From positions 1-54,629 of IMG/VR virus record IMGVR_UViG_3300038696_000641: 54,629 nucleotides of DNA; one strand, 5' to 3'. The stretch is from a virus (Duplodnaviria; Caudoviricetes). The notes below the pieces were generated by a model. That model did not search any database. It was not told where the DNA came from and worked only from the letters and a program-made list of their open reading frames with translations. The first letter of the stretch is position 1. Each line of letters starts with the position of its first letter. The position numbers were made by a program, and so were the translations under genes. Of the stretch, positions 1 through 9,200 are shown one piece after another.

Positions 1-126
1 GTGAGCGGCACGGAAAGTCGGAATGTAGCGCATTCGGTAGCACGTCCGGCTGATCACAACCGTGCATGTTTCATTCAGGCGCCGCTCACCCTGCCCAAGT
101 ACCGCAGCCGATTCGACGTTGCAATG

Positions 127-351
127 CTACCGAGGACAGATCGCATTAAAAACGTCGATGAAGTTCGCGCCGCTTTCCAGCGTCTCGATGGTGTCATTGG
201 GTGAATAGGTCGGCAGATCGCGCCGCAGCTCACGGCACATTGTGCGTTCGGTTTCAGTCGTCTCGGAGGTGCCCAGCCCGAGACAGCCGCTCAAGAGGAT
301 CACCATCAGCACGGCGGGCCAGATCCGCGACTTCCTCGATGTTGCGCGCAT
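127..351 (-). CDS. putative outer-membrane lipoprotein spanin (Rz1-like)
   Basis: Hydrophobic stretch followed by lipobox LLSGC; overlaps the upstream TM gene out of frame, at the end of the lysis cassette. Start uncertain. Confidence 0.6.
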   Translation of the reverse strand: MRATSRKSRIWPAVLMVILLSGCLGLGTSETTETERTMCRELRRDLPTYSPNDTIETLESGANFIDVFNAICPR

Positions 352-484
352 TGCCTTGATCCCTTCGCGTCACTTTGGCCTGATTGCTCGCAGCACCCTT
401 CGCAAAGATGGATGCCGCCCAAACTGCCATACTGACCAAGGCCAAACCGATCACAGCCGCCCAAGCCTTGGTCTTGATCCACAT
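254..484 (-). CDS. putative inner-membrane spanin (Rz-like)
   Basis: N-terminal TM helix (AWAAVIGLALVSMAVWAASIF) then a charged helical tail; directly follows the endolysin. Confidence 0.55.
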   Translation of the reverse strand: MWIKTKAWAAVIGLALVSMAVWAASIFAKGAASNQAKVTRRDQGNARNIEEVADLARRADGDPLERLSRAGHLRDD

Positions 485-1113
485 TAGCGCGCTCGCTTCA
501 AAAGCAGATACCCGATGAACACCGCAGCAACGCCTACGGCGACCAGCTGGGCCGCAGGGGCCAAGTTGCCAAGCAGGCTAGATGCGGCGGGCAGATGCTC
601 GGCAGCGACCGCAGCCACGCCCGCAACGCCCGCACCAGCAGCGGCTTGCGCCTCACGGTCATCCTTGACGCTCTCTGGCTGACGGGGCGGCTCTGTGGGC
701 CAGCTTGTTGCAGTGACCGGCCAATGCGTGCCCCATGTCCGCGCGGGGCCTGTGTCGATGTGCATAAAGCCAGACTTTGGGTAGTATCCGAAGCCGGTGA
801 AGCCGCACGCGCGGGCCGCAGCCTCGAACTTGTGCGGATCATGGTTATCCATGCGCACATCGAAGGCGATACCTTCCATGTGCTTTGACCGCTTGGCACC
901 ACCAACACGCCGGTTGTGTTCCGGGCTGCGGTACGCCGATGTCAGGATCAGGGGCTTGCCCAGATAGTTCCGCAGTGCTTGCAGCTTATCCATGGCCTCA
1001 GTGTCGATCAGCAGGGAGCCGGTGCCCTTGCATGCAATCTCGCGCGGCGAAAAAGACGTCCAGTGCCAGTCCTTCGGATCGACATTCGTATAATGCGCGT
1101 AAACCTTGCTCAT
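484..1113 (-). CDS. endolysin, Peptidase M15A family, with hydrophobic C-terminal tail
   Basis: Motifs SAYRSPEHNRRVGGA, SKHMEGIAFD and FMHIDTG; start taken at MSKVY (1113), overlapping the upstream stop. Confidence 0.85.
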   Translation of the reverse strand: MSKVYAHYTNVDPKDWHWTSFSPREIACKGTGSLLIDTEAMDKLQALRNYLGKPLILTSAYRSPEHNRRVGGAKRSKHMEGIAFDVRMDNHDPHKFEAAARACGFTGFGYYPKSGFMHIDTGPARTWGTHWPVTATSWPTEPPRQPESVKDDREAQAAAGAGVAGVAAVAAEHLPAASSLLGNLAPAAQLVAVGVAAVFIGYLLLKRAR

Positions 1114-1385
1114 GTCACACCCCCTTGAGTGAATGCGTAAGCGACGCCAGCAGTAACAACGATCCAAAACACGCGCTCTGCGAACCGAAGCATCTGGCCA
1201 TTGCTGCCAACCTTGTTCTCAATCAGCGTGATGCGCCGGTTATGCTGAACCTGCTCTTGATCCAAGCTGTCCATGCGCTTGAAGAGCGTAATCATCCGCT
1301 CTTCCATTCGCGCCAATGCAACAATTGCCTGTCCAACTTCATCCAATTTCTTCTCTATCCGCTCAAGGCGCGTGTCGTCTGCCAT
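1110..1385 (-). CDS. putative holin or membrane protein of the lysis cassette
   Basis: Coiled-coil N-terminus and a single C-terminal TM (VFWIVVTAGVAYAF); immediately upstream of the endolysin. Confidence 0.5.
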   Translation of the reverse strand: MADDTRLERIEKKLDEVGQAIVALARMEERMITLFKRMDSLDQEQVQHNRRITLIENKVGSNGQMLRFAERVFWIVVTAGVAYAFTQGGVT

Positions 1386-1432
1386 TCGGTCGTCCTCTAG
1401 TGCCTTGGCGAATGCCGTGTATCACCTACAAA

Positions 1433-1479
1433 CTACATTATGTTGTGGTAATTGTGAACCAAAACACAACATGTGGTAT
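1433..1479. promoter_or_regulatory. tandem NrdR-box-like pair upstream of lysis cassette
   Basis: CTACATTATGTTGTGG (1433-1448) and ACACAACATGTGGTAT (1464-1479), 31 bp apart. Confidence 0.65.
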
Positions 1480-1624
1480 TTTTGGGATCAAACTACGCTT
1501 GATCGACTTTTCTAAGCAGCGCCTGCGCATCCTTGACGTCCGAAAGATGACTGCGCTCGCAGTGGCGTGGGTTGCGTTGCTATTCGGCCATCCTAGAGTG
1601 CTTTTGTGGCCACGTTGCCCTAAA

Positions 1625-2710
1625 TCACCTTTCACCCCTGATCCTCTTTCGATCTTTGATGAGGGGCGGCGGCACAAACCCGACTCCGCCCAGCACCTTG
1701 CCCCTGAGATTGTAGGTGTCCGCATGGCGCGCGTGCCCGACCCACGACATGATCACCGGGTCGATCTCATCCCAAGTTATCAATCCGCGATGGTACTGCG
1801 CCGCCATGCGCCTCATCTTCCGCTTCATCCTGTTGATGCTGTCTTTTCGAAGCGCCCTGTGCGTCGGCCAAATCCGATAGCCAAGGAAGTCCAAGGCGCG
1901 CCCACCGTCACCTATGGGGAAAACCTGCGTTTTGGAGTTGGTGCGGAGGCCAAGCTCGGCCCAGAGGAAGTCCTCGATCGTGCGGCGGATTTGATGCAGG
2001 TGGAACTTGTCGTGGTGAATGATCACAAAATCATCCATGTATCGCGCATACCGCGTCTCACGCAGCGTGTGTTTAACGAAGTGGTCCAGCTCGTGCAGGT
2101 AGATGTTGGCAAACATCTGGGAAGACAGATTGCCAATTGGGATGCCACGCGGGGTCAGTGCGTCGTGGTCCGCCGAGCTGTCAATTATGCTGTCGATCAG
2201 CCAGAGGGTTTCCTTGCATGCGATCTTTTTCCGGATCATGCGCTTGAGCGCATCGTGACAGATCGAGGGAAAATATTTAGAAATGTCAGCCTTGAGCGCA
2301 TAGACCGCACCATGCTTGCGCTTTACCTCGCGGATGTACCTCTGGACCGTATCGACACCCTTGTGGGCACCCTTGCCTTTCCTGCAGGCGAAGCTCTGGT
2401 CGATGAACTGCGCCTCGAATATCGGCTCAATTACGATCGTTAGCGCGTGCTGAACGACACGATCCTTAAGCGGGAGTGATGCAATCTCGCGGCGCTTTGG
2501 CTCGAATATAAAGAACCGATGATACGGGCCTGTCCGATATGTTTTATGGATCAAGCTCTGGTGTATCTCGATCAGGTTGGGCTCAAGGTTGGCGCGAAAG
2601 GCGATAACGTCACGCTGGCGCGTCCGGCCCTTGGCGGTCTTCGCCCAAGCATCGATCAGCGTCTGCCATTCGATGATCTGGGGCCAAAGCGTGTTGAAGG
2701 TCTTAGCCAT
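1625..2710 (-). CDS. brt: DGR reverse transcriptase
   Basis: Catalytic YMDD; GIPIGNLSSQ (DGR-type xGxxxSQ); DISKYFPSI; DFLGY; 361 aa with no maturase or endonuclease extension; adjacent to TR and avd. Confidence 0.95.
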   Translation of the reverse strand: MAKTFNTLWPQIIEWQTLIDAWAKTAKGRTRQRDVIAFRANLEPNLIEIHQSLIHKTYRTGPYHRFFIFEPKRREIASLPLKDRVVQHALTIVIEPIFEAQFIDQSFACRKGKGAHKGVDTVQRYIREVKRKHGAVYALKADISKYFPSICHDALKRMIRKKIACKETLWLIDSIIDSSADHDALTPRGIPIGNLSSQMFANIYLHELDHFVKHTLRETRYARYMDDFVIIHHDKFHLHQIRRTIEDFLWAELGLRTNSKTQVFPIGDGGRALDFLGYRIWPTHRALRKDSINRMKRKMRRMAAQYHRGLITWDEIDPVIMSWVGHARHADTYNLRGKVLGGVGFVPPPLIKDRKRIRGER

Positions 2711-2872
2711 AATTCCGCACCGGAGTGGCGGCCGGAGTGAGGGGTCGCTGCAAGCAGCTACTGCGACACCCCGGCCTGTTCATGTTTTTCGGCACATGGC
2801 CGAGGATTGCAGGTCCTTTCGAGGGAGCTCTGGACCCGGCCCCATAGGGCTTGGCCTTCTGGCGTTCCCCGG

Positions 2873-2992
2873 AAGCGGGGCGAAAGCCGATGTTCGTGTT
2901 CGCGTTCGACTGGGCATTGTTCAAGTTCAGGGCGAAGACCCCGGCCCTCGAGCCATTGTTCCAGTTGCCACCGCGGATCGGCAGACGCTCAT
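2873..2992 (-). repeat. DGR template repeat (TR)
   Basis: 120 bp colinear with 3419-3538; 17 mismatches, all at TR adenines on the coding strand; rich in AAC/AAT codons. Confidence 0.97.
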
Positions 2993-3339
2993 GCATGGCC
3001 CGCATCCCTTACCAGCGACTTGAACCAGCCGCCGATCATGCGCCCCACCTCATCCATGTGGCGGGACCAAATTTCATACTTCTTCAGGTCAATGTAGCGA
3101 AGGGCGAATGCCGTCCTGACTTGGCTGCGCAGCAGGTCAAGTTCTGCGTCCAGATCCTGCATTGTGGTTTTCTTGTGGTATCGCTTGTTCGTGATGATAA
3201 TCAGTCGAAGCACCCCCCACATCGCGTTGCGGATTTCAGCAGCAAGAACATGCCGCTCGAATTTAGGAAACTGCCGCAGCGCAACGTAGCCGTAGGCGAT
3301 CATCTCCTCGCACTTCTGCCTGATCTTCAAGTCTTCCAC
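2989..3339 (-). CDS. avd: DGR accessory variability determinant (Avd)
   Basis: 116-aa basic helical protein (FPKFERHVLAAEIR...EVGRMIGGW) between target and TR; GTG start; its TGA stop lies in the first bases of TR. Confidence 0.9.
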   Translation of the reverse strand: MEDLKIRQKCEEMIAYGYVALRQFPKFERHVLAAEIRNAMWGVLRLIIITNKRYHKKTTMQDLDAELDLLRSQVRTAFALRYIDLKKYEIWSRHMDEVGRMIGGWFKSLVRDAGHA

Positions 3340-3363
3340 GCGCTGCCTCTTTTGGAGTTGTAG

Positions 3364-3385
3364 GGCCCGCGCTATCGCGCGGACC
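3364..3385 (-). promoter_or_regulatory. DGR target-recognition hairpin downstream of VR/IMH
   Basis: Coding strand CCGCGC-GATA-GCGCGG (3367-3382), extendable by a G.T pair and two G-C pairs; analogous to the GC-stem tetraloop hairpin after the BPP-1 IMH. Confidence 0.75.
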
Positions 3386-3407
3386 TCAGATTACAGGTGG
3401 TCAGATG

Positions 3408-4445
3408 TCAGATTACGAAAGCGGGGCGAAAGCCGAAGAACGAGCGCGCGCTCGACTGGGCATTGAACAAGGACAGGGCGAAGACCCCGGCCCTCGAGCC
3501 ATAGGACCAGCGGCCACCGCGGACCGGCAGACGCTCATCACTTAGGTTGATGTAGAAGCCATCACTCTCAATCGGTGCGCCGGGCTGCATCAGGCCGAGG
3601 GCCTTGAGCCGATGGATCGCCGTCTCCGAGGTCCCGTGCGCAACCATGCTGGAGAGCGACGCGCCCGACCCGCACACCAGCGTTCCGTCCGCCGTGCCCG
3701 AGGTGGCATATTTGACGGCCCCCACGGTGCCGGGATCAACCAATGTGCCATCCGAAGCGAGGATGGCCTGCCACGGCCCTGCCGCACTCAGGTCAGTTGC
3801 AGAAAGAGCCGCGTCGTTATTTGGGATGATCTGGATTTCGCCATCAACGATCCGCATCCCCGGCGACCATTCCCAGACGTTTCCGTTCAAGTTCTGGATG
3901 CCAAAGGGTGTGGCTGGGTGGTTCCATGATACCGGGCCTGAGCCTGCACGAATTGTCGTGTGGCCCGATCCGCCCGAGGATGGGTTGCCGCTATCGTTGA
4001 CCCCAAATTCATCGAATGCGTTGTATGCACGGCCGTTGTTGTTGTTGCCGCGAGGGAAGCGGAAGGCGGCGCGGCATTGAAGGGCGATGGCCGCGTACAT
4101 GGCGTTGGTGGCTACGCAGAAGCCGGGGCCGGTGTTGCGCGCCAGCGTGATCGCCTGATCGTGATTGATGGTTGCGCGAGGCACGAGGCCTGCTTGGCTG
4201 ACCATTTCGCCATTGACCTCGGCGGCTTGGTGCACGCCTATCAGGATTTCATCCTTTTCCACGCCACCAACAATGAAGGCGGGGTGCGCCCCTGTGCCGA
4301 AGCCCGCTCCGAGGCTATCGAGCGTGAACTTGCGCAGGCGGTAAAAATAGCTTGGCTGACCCTTGGCGGTGAAGCGCACAGTCAACTGGCCGTTGGACAT
4401 GGTCTCGATCTGATTGCGCAGGGCGGTTTGTATTGCAATGCTCAT
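3408..4445 (-). CDS. DGR target protein, CLec/FGE-sulfatase-type fold; probable receptor-binding protein
   Basis: NLNGNVWEW and C-terminal RGGxW...GFRPAF motifs; VR at the 3' end; downstream of the tail fibre. Confidence 0.9.
   Translation of the reverse strand: MSIAIQTALRNQIETMSNGQLTVRFTAKGQPSYFYRLRKFTLDSLGAGFGTGAHPAFIVGGVEKDEILIGVHQAAEVNGEMVSQAGLVPRATINHDQAITLARNTGPGFCVATNAMYAAIALQCRAAFRFPRGNNNNGRAYNAFDEFGVNDSGNPSSGGSGHTTIRAGSGPVSWNHPATPFGIQNLNGNVWEWSPGMRIVDGEIQIIPNNDAALSATDLSAAGPWQAILASDGTLVDPGTVGAVKYATSGTADGTLVCGSGASLSSMVAHGTSETAIHRLKALGLMQPGAPIESDGFYINLSDERLPVRGGRWSYGSRAGVFALSLFNAQSSARSFFGFRPAFVI
3419..3538 (-). repeat. DGR variable repeat (VR)
   Basis: Encodes ERLPVRGGRWSYGSRAGVFALSLFNAQSSARSFFGFRPA versus TR ERLPIRGGNWNNGSRAGVFALNLNNAQSNANTNIGFRPA; 11 residues differ. 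Confidence 0.97.
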
Positions 4446-4771
4446 GCTGTGGGCTCCTCTGCATCCGTCGTCGCAGTCTCTGCTGCAATGAAGAAGCTGT
4501 AGATCAGGGCGTAAATATCACCCTGTGTGACGGTCTGGCCAGTAGCCTCTCCGGTCTCTGGATTTAGGACGGGGACGGCTGCGGCCTGATCAAATGCAAG
4601 CTCGCGTGGCGAGATGGGTTGCGCGAACGCCGCCCCATCGGCAAGGCCGATGACCTGCTCACGATGGAAGGCGACGTTAGGGGGGTGCCCTAGGCGGTTG
4701 TCGATCACCACCTGTGAGCATCGGATATAGGCCTCGCCCGCAACGGGCTTCTGGTCGAGCTTGTAGGTCAT
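4442..4771 (-). CDS. hypothetical tail-associated protein
   Basis: 109-aa ORF between tail fibre and DGR target; 4-bp overlap with the target start. Confidence 0.6.
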   Translation of the reverse strand: MTYKLDQKPVAGEAYIRCSQVVIDNRLGHPPNVAFHREQVIGLADGAAFAQPISPRELAFDQAAAVPVLNPETGEATGQTVTQGDIYALIYSFFIAAETATTDAEEPTA

Positions 4772-4775
4772 AGCG

Positions 4776-6191
4776 TCATGCCTCCTTGATTGTGCCGTAA
4801 ACAGTGATCCCGCTGGCGGTAATGCGTAGCCGTTCCGATCCAGCGATGGCCACAGACAGGGTGTCTGCCGCCGATGAATAGATGCCAGCCGACCCGATGC
4901 GCAGGGCGGGGTCGGCCAATGTGCCGCCCTTGAGCGCGATTTGACCGCCGTTGATCTGGTCGGAAAGCTGGCCGATCAGCGAAAGCGCTTCGAGTAGCGT
5001 GCGAAGGGTGTAGACGTCGCCCTCTCGGGCAAGACTGAGGCGCTCGACCTCCCTATAGACCTGCCCTAAAGTGGCAGCTAGTTGGCCGATGTTGTTAATC
5101 GCGCCCCCAAGGGACGATTCGGCTTGAACTGCGCTTGCAAGGGCGGCTGCTTCACTCGACCCCGCATTGCTGGCAGATGTGGCGGAAGCAGTTTCGCTTG
5201 CTGCCGCCGCAGACGCACTGGCTGCCGCCGCCGTTTCCGCCGCTTCCGCCGCAGTCGCGCTCGATGCCGCCTCGGTCGCGCTGGACGCTGCATCAGATGC
5301 GCTTCCGGCTGACTGGCTGGCACTGGCCGCAGATGATGTAGCGGATGTAGCAGCGGACGATTCACTGGCACTGGCCGCCGTTGCCGCCTCTTGGGCCGCT
5401 GTTTTGGAGGCTTCCACGGTCGCTGTGCTGGCCGCTGCGTTGCTGGCGGAGGTTGCCGCTGCCGTTGCATCAGAAGCCGCAGCCGTTGCTGACGTTGCCG
5501 CCGCTGTTTGCGCCGTAGATGCTGCCGACGCCGCTGTCTGCGCGGTCCCTGCGTGTGTCGATGCCGTATCCCGCGCTGCTTGCGCCGCGCTGGCCGCGCC
5601 TTGGGCCAAGCCACGATCTGCCGCCGCCTGTGTGCTTGCCGCCTGAGCTTGTGTGAGCGCTGACGACGCACCGGTTTCACTCTGTGCCGCTGATACCTGA
5701 CTGTCAGATGCCGCGTCACGGCTTGCAAGCGCCGCCGCCGCCGATGCCGCAGCACTGGCCGCAGATGTGCTTGCGCCTGATTGAGACGCCGCCGCAGCGG
5801 TTGCACTTGTCGCAGAGGCCGCCGCCGCCGTGTTCGCCCCGTTGCGGGCCGTCTGGGCGTCGACGACCGCCTGTTGCGCCGCGTCAAGCGATGCAGGTGC
5901 AGGTAGATCGATCAGTTGGGCCAGAAATGCCGTGGAAGCGTCCGGCACTGTAACCGTGAACTTCCCAGATCCTTCGCCAGAGTAAGCCGCAACCTTGTAG
6001 GCGCCGGGGATCAACTCAACAGAGAATGTCCCATCCGCGCCCGTGACAACCTCGAAGGGCTCCGGCAAAACAAGCGTGTTGCTTGATCGCGTCACCAAAT
6101 TGGGCTGTAAATAAAAAGTGAGAGTTGCGCCCGCAGATGGGGTGAGCCCCACATCAGCAACGCTACCAGACACATTGCAAACATCTACCAT
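4776..6191 (-). CDS. tail fibre protein, Ala/Ser-rich shaft (Stf-like)
   Basis: N-terminal VTGADGTFSVELIPGAYKV segment, long AASA-type shaft, C-terminal GTLADPAL...ERLRIT segment. Confidence 0.75.
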   Translation of the reverse strand: MVDVCNVSGSVADVGLTPSAGATLTFYLQPNLVTRSSNTLVLPEPFEVVTGADGTFSVELIPGAYKVAAYSGEGSGKFTVTVPDASTAFLAQLIDLPAPASLDAAQQAVVDAQTARNGANTAAAASATSATAAAASQSGASTSAASAAASAAAALASRDAASDSQVSAAQSETGASSALTQAQAASTQAAADRGLAQGAASAAQAARDTASTHAGTAQTAASAASTAQTAAATSATAAASDATAAATSASNAAASTATVEASKTAAQEAATAASASESSAATSATSSAASASQSAGSASDAASSATEAASSATAAEAAETAAAASASAAAASETASATSASNAGSSEAAALASAVQAESSLGGAINNIGQLAATLGQVYREVERLSLAREGDVYTLRTLLEALSLIGQLSDQINGGQIALKGGTLADPALRIGSAGIYSSAADTLSVAIAGSERLRITASGITVYGTIKEA

Positions 6192-6210
6192 GAGACACGA
6201 CCCCTCAAGA

Positions 6211-6247
6211 AAATAGGCACAACATATTGTGCATGTTGCGCCTATTT
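6211..6247. terminator. long inverted repeat after the giant gene, overlapping an NrdR-like box
   Basis: AAATAGGCACAACAT-7 nt-ATGTTGCGCCTATTT, 14 of 15 positions paired. Confidence 0.5.
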
Positions 6248-6264
6248 AACACATTATGTGGTGT
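6217..6264. promoter_or_regulatory. tandem NrdR-box-like pair upstream of tail fibre/DGR block
   Basis: GCACAACATATTGTGC (6217-6232, near-perfect palindrome) and ACACATTATGTGGTGT (6249-6264), 32 bp apart. Confidence 0.7.
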
Positions 6265-6298
6265 CGTGATAGCCCGCCCGCGCGGGATTGGCCCCCAC

Positions 6299-9200
6299 TT
6301 ATTGCGAGATCATCGGCGCCATATTCCCGCGAATGTAGTCCTCTAGGTTTGTATTGAGCAGCACACCACCCGTCATTCGCTGGCTGGTTCGCAACCGCGC
6401 CCTGTAGGATCGCATGATCGTATCATCATCAATTCTGTAGGTTGGCGGGTACTTGGCATTGAACTCCTGCATCCGGCGCAAGGCGCGCTTGCTGATAGGC
6501 TCGCCTTCGCGCATGTATCGCGTGATATCTGAGAGGATTGCTCTGCGCTCGTCCTGAATGGCAGTTTGCATGTTCATCATGCGCCGGTTGGTCTCGTACC
6601 GCTCACTGACGCGGGCCGGTGAGAAGCCAATGGCCTGCACGACTGCATCATGCGCCGAAACGTCATCGAGCAGCGGATCGCCTTTGTAGGTCGTCACGCC
6701 TTCATTGACATACCGGACAGATCGCATTTGGTCGCGGATCGCTTTGGGCACCATCAATTCTGCGCCACGCCAAACCTCGCCGTCGGCCACCAAACTGACG
6801 CCGCGCAGCATATTCAAGCCGATTGCGGGCACAGCACCGAGAAGCTGGTCAACCATGTAGTAATAGGCGTCCCTGCCCTCCAACTGCCGATTTGGGCTGC
6901 GGAACCAAAGCTCGGGCATACCAATCCGCGCGGTCATATCTGTGCCGGTAAGGGTGCCGGGTACACCTTTGAGGATCATGCCGCCTGCGCCGGTCCCGAA
7001 CAGGCCAACAATCGCGCCTTTAAGCTCTTCTTCGGCCTCGTCGGAACCGCCGTCAAAGAACATACCCGCCAAGAGCATCGTTAGGGCATAGCCCCATGTG
7101 CCGGTGATCCCCGCGTGCAGCATCATCGAGCTTGTGATACCAATCAACTGCGTACGCGCCTGCTTGCGCACCTCTGGGCTTTCCCCCTTAAATGCTTGGT
7201 GCGTATCGCGGAAAAGGCGATAGAGCATGTTCACCTGAAACTGGCGAAAGACGAAGGCCACGCGGGTCCAGTCGTCCTGCATGAAGCGCGGACGGGACCA
7301 GTTTTCATAGTTAAAGTGCGTATCCCACGTCAGATCACCAGCTTTCTTCACGGCGGCTTCCTGATCCATTCCCGAATTTTTCGCCATCCGGTAAGCGGCA
7401 AGGAATGTCACCTCACGGTTCAGGCGCTCGGCATGGTGGAACAGGAAAGAAATTGGCCGCATGACTTTTTCGCGCACGGGTGAGTATTGCACGCCGCCGT
7501 CTTGTATTCCGGCAAGATCGTGCGACTCGCTTTTGTCCAGCGCGCCAGACAAATAGGCTTGCTGCAATGCTGCCCGTTCATCGTCTTTCAATCGGCCACT
7601 TGTCAGCGCGCCTCGGCTCCACTCTGCGTCCCCTTTGGAAAGACCCGCTGTGAAGTCTGCCAGCGCACCAGTCAGTGCCTTTGATGCCTTGGCGACCGTC
7701 GCACCTTTGATGCCGGCAACCAAGATCGGGATGCCGACAACGGTTGTCTGGGTCAGGTTTACCACCGCCGCCGCCGGTGTCAGGCCGAGATACCAGACAA
7801 ACGCGCCAGACGTCGCCCAGGCGCTCCACTGCGCGCCGGTGGGGTTCATCGACCAATCATGGCGTTTTTGCATTTCATTGGCGATTGCACCGGCCCGCGT
7901 TGGGTCAGGCGCGTTCTTCGCCTCACGCCGCGCATTTTCAACGTGCTTTGTCAGGTCCATGGCATGCCGCAAGCGTGTCAACTGGTGCGCGCCGTGGAAC
8001 ATGCGGCTACCAAACGCTTTGATCGCGTCCCTGTCGAAGCCGGGTACGCCCTTGCGGTGGATATTGGCCTTGCGGACCGAGAATGAAGGCAGGGTTTCCA
8101 GATACCTCTGGTAGATTGCATCGAGGATCTGGCCGTCCATAGCGACTTCGCCCAGTGCCTCTGCAATATCGGCCACAAAGTTGGGATCAACGAACCGGCT
8201 GACGTCATCTTCGGGCTTCATCACGCCCTTTTCGACCACAAGCCCCTGATCCTGCATCTCCGACGCAATGCGCTGCTGTGCGCCCGCCGTGGATGCCCGC
8301 TCAAAGTGAACCAGCTTGCCCTTGGCGTCCCGCGCCGCGACAAAGAATTGCCCAAAGCGCATCAGCGGGAAGTAGGGCCCGTCGATCCGGTTGCTTTCAT
8401 AGGTCAGGCGCATCTTGCGAATACGCGCGTTCCGGCTGAACTCAAGCATCTTGATATCTTGGTTGTACCGCGACCGCGCCTTCTTGCGCGCCTGCGTTGC
8501 CTCAGCGCCCGTCAGGCCGTCTTCAATGATCTGCTGCAACTCGCCTTCATACCGCGCCTTGAGGCGTGAGGATTGCAATTCCATGGCCTTGGCCACCGCA
8601 TCAACCATCGCGTTGATCAGATCTTCATCGAAAGCCCGATAGCTATCGCGCGCCTTGCGGTAGATATCCTGCATGGCCTCTGGCAACGCATTGAACTTCT
8701 GCTGCATAGACGCATGGCTGCTGCGCTTTTCTTCCACGAAATTCATATATTTGCCGGTGGTCATGTCGGCGGGCCGCTTGGGCCGCTTAAACTTCTCCGA
8801 TGGGTCCATTCCCTCAATCGTGGATTCGTGCATCAGATCGTGCAGCTTTCTGCCGTTCTCTTTGTCCTTGGCGTAGTGACCCTGCCACTCCCGCGCCAAC
8901 ACATCGGCCTCAGCGTGCATTTCCTGCCGCTCCGCCGTCATTTGCCGCATGCTCTGAACCCACTTGGCCGCAGACGGCAGGGCCTTGCCCAGATCACGGA
9001 ACAGCACTTCGCCCGGCACAAGCGCAAGCGAGTTGTTCTTATCGCTGGAAGCCATGGCGTTGGTAAGAAGGTTGCTGACGAAACTGGCCTCTTTCTTGTC
9101 CAATGCCGCATCGGTCTTTGCAGCCTTGGGCGACCACATCTTTGAGATAGACGCCATCAAGGCTGGGTTGTCTGCCGGATCAGCGTTGACCGTATCGAAC

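Larger units (their letters stand above)
1625..4445 (-). mobile_element. complete diversity-generating retroelement: target(VR)-avd-TR-RT
   Basis: Same gene order as the Bordetella BPP-1 DGR; TR/VR mismatches are adenine-specific. Confidence 0.97.

Noticed and set aside
1-126. Possible att site or genome end
   Set aside because: No matching repeat, tRNA or integrase seen in the window; cannot be supported.
1316-2443. 375-aa plus-strand ORF
   Set aside because: Antisense shadow of the RT gene with no recognisable motifs.
1625-2710. RT as group II intron, retron or Abi RT
   Set aside because: Short RT with the SQ motif, adjacent avd and an A-specific TR/VR pair identify it as a DGR RT.
2703-3005. 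100-aa ORF resembling the DGR target C-terminus
   Set aside because: It is the translation of TR plus spacer; TR acts as RNA template and is open because it mirrors the VR frame.
5078-5887. Arg-rich 269-aa ORF and antisense Ala-rich ORFs
   Set aside because: Frame shadows of the GCN-rich tail fibre gene.
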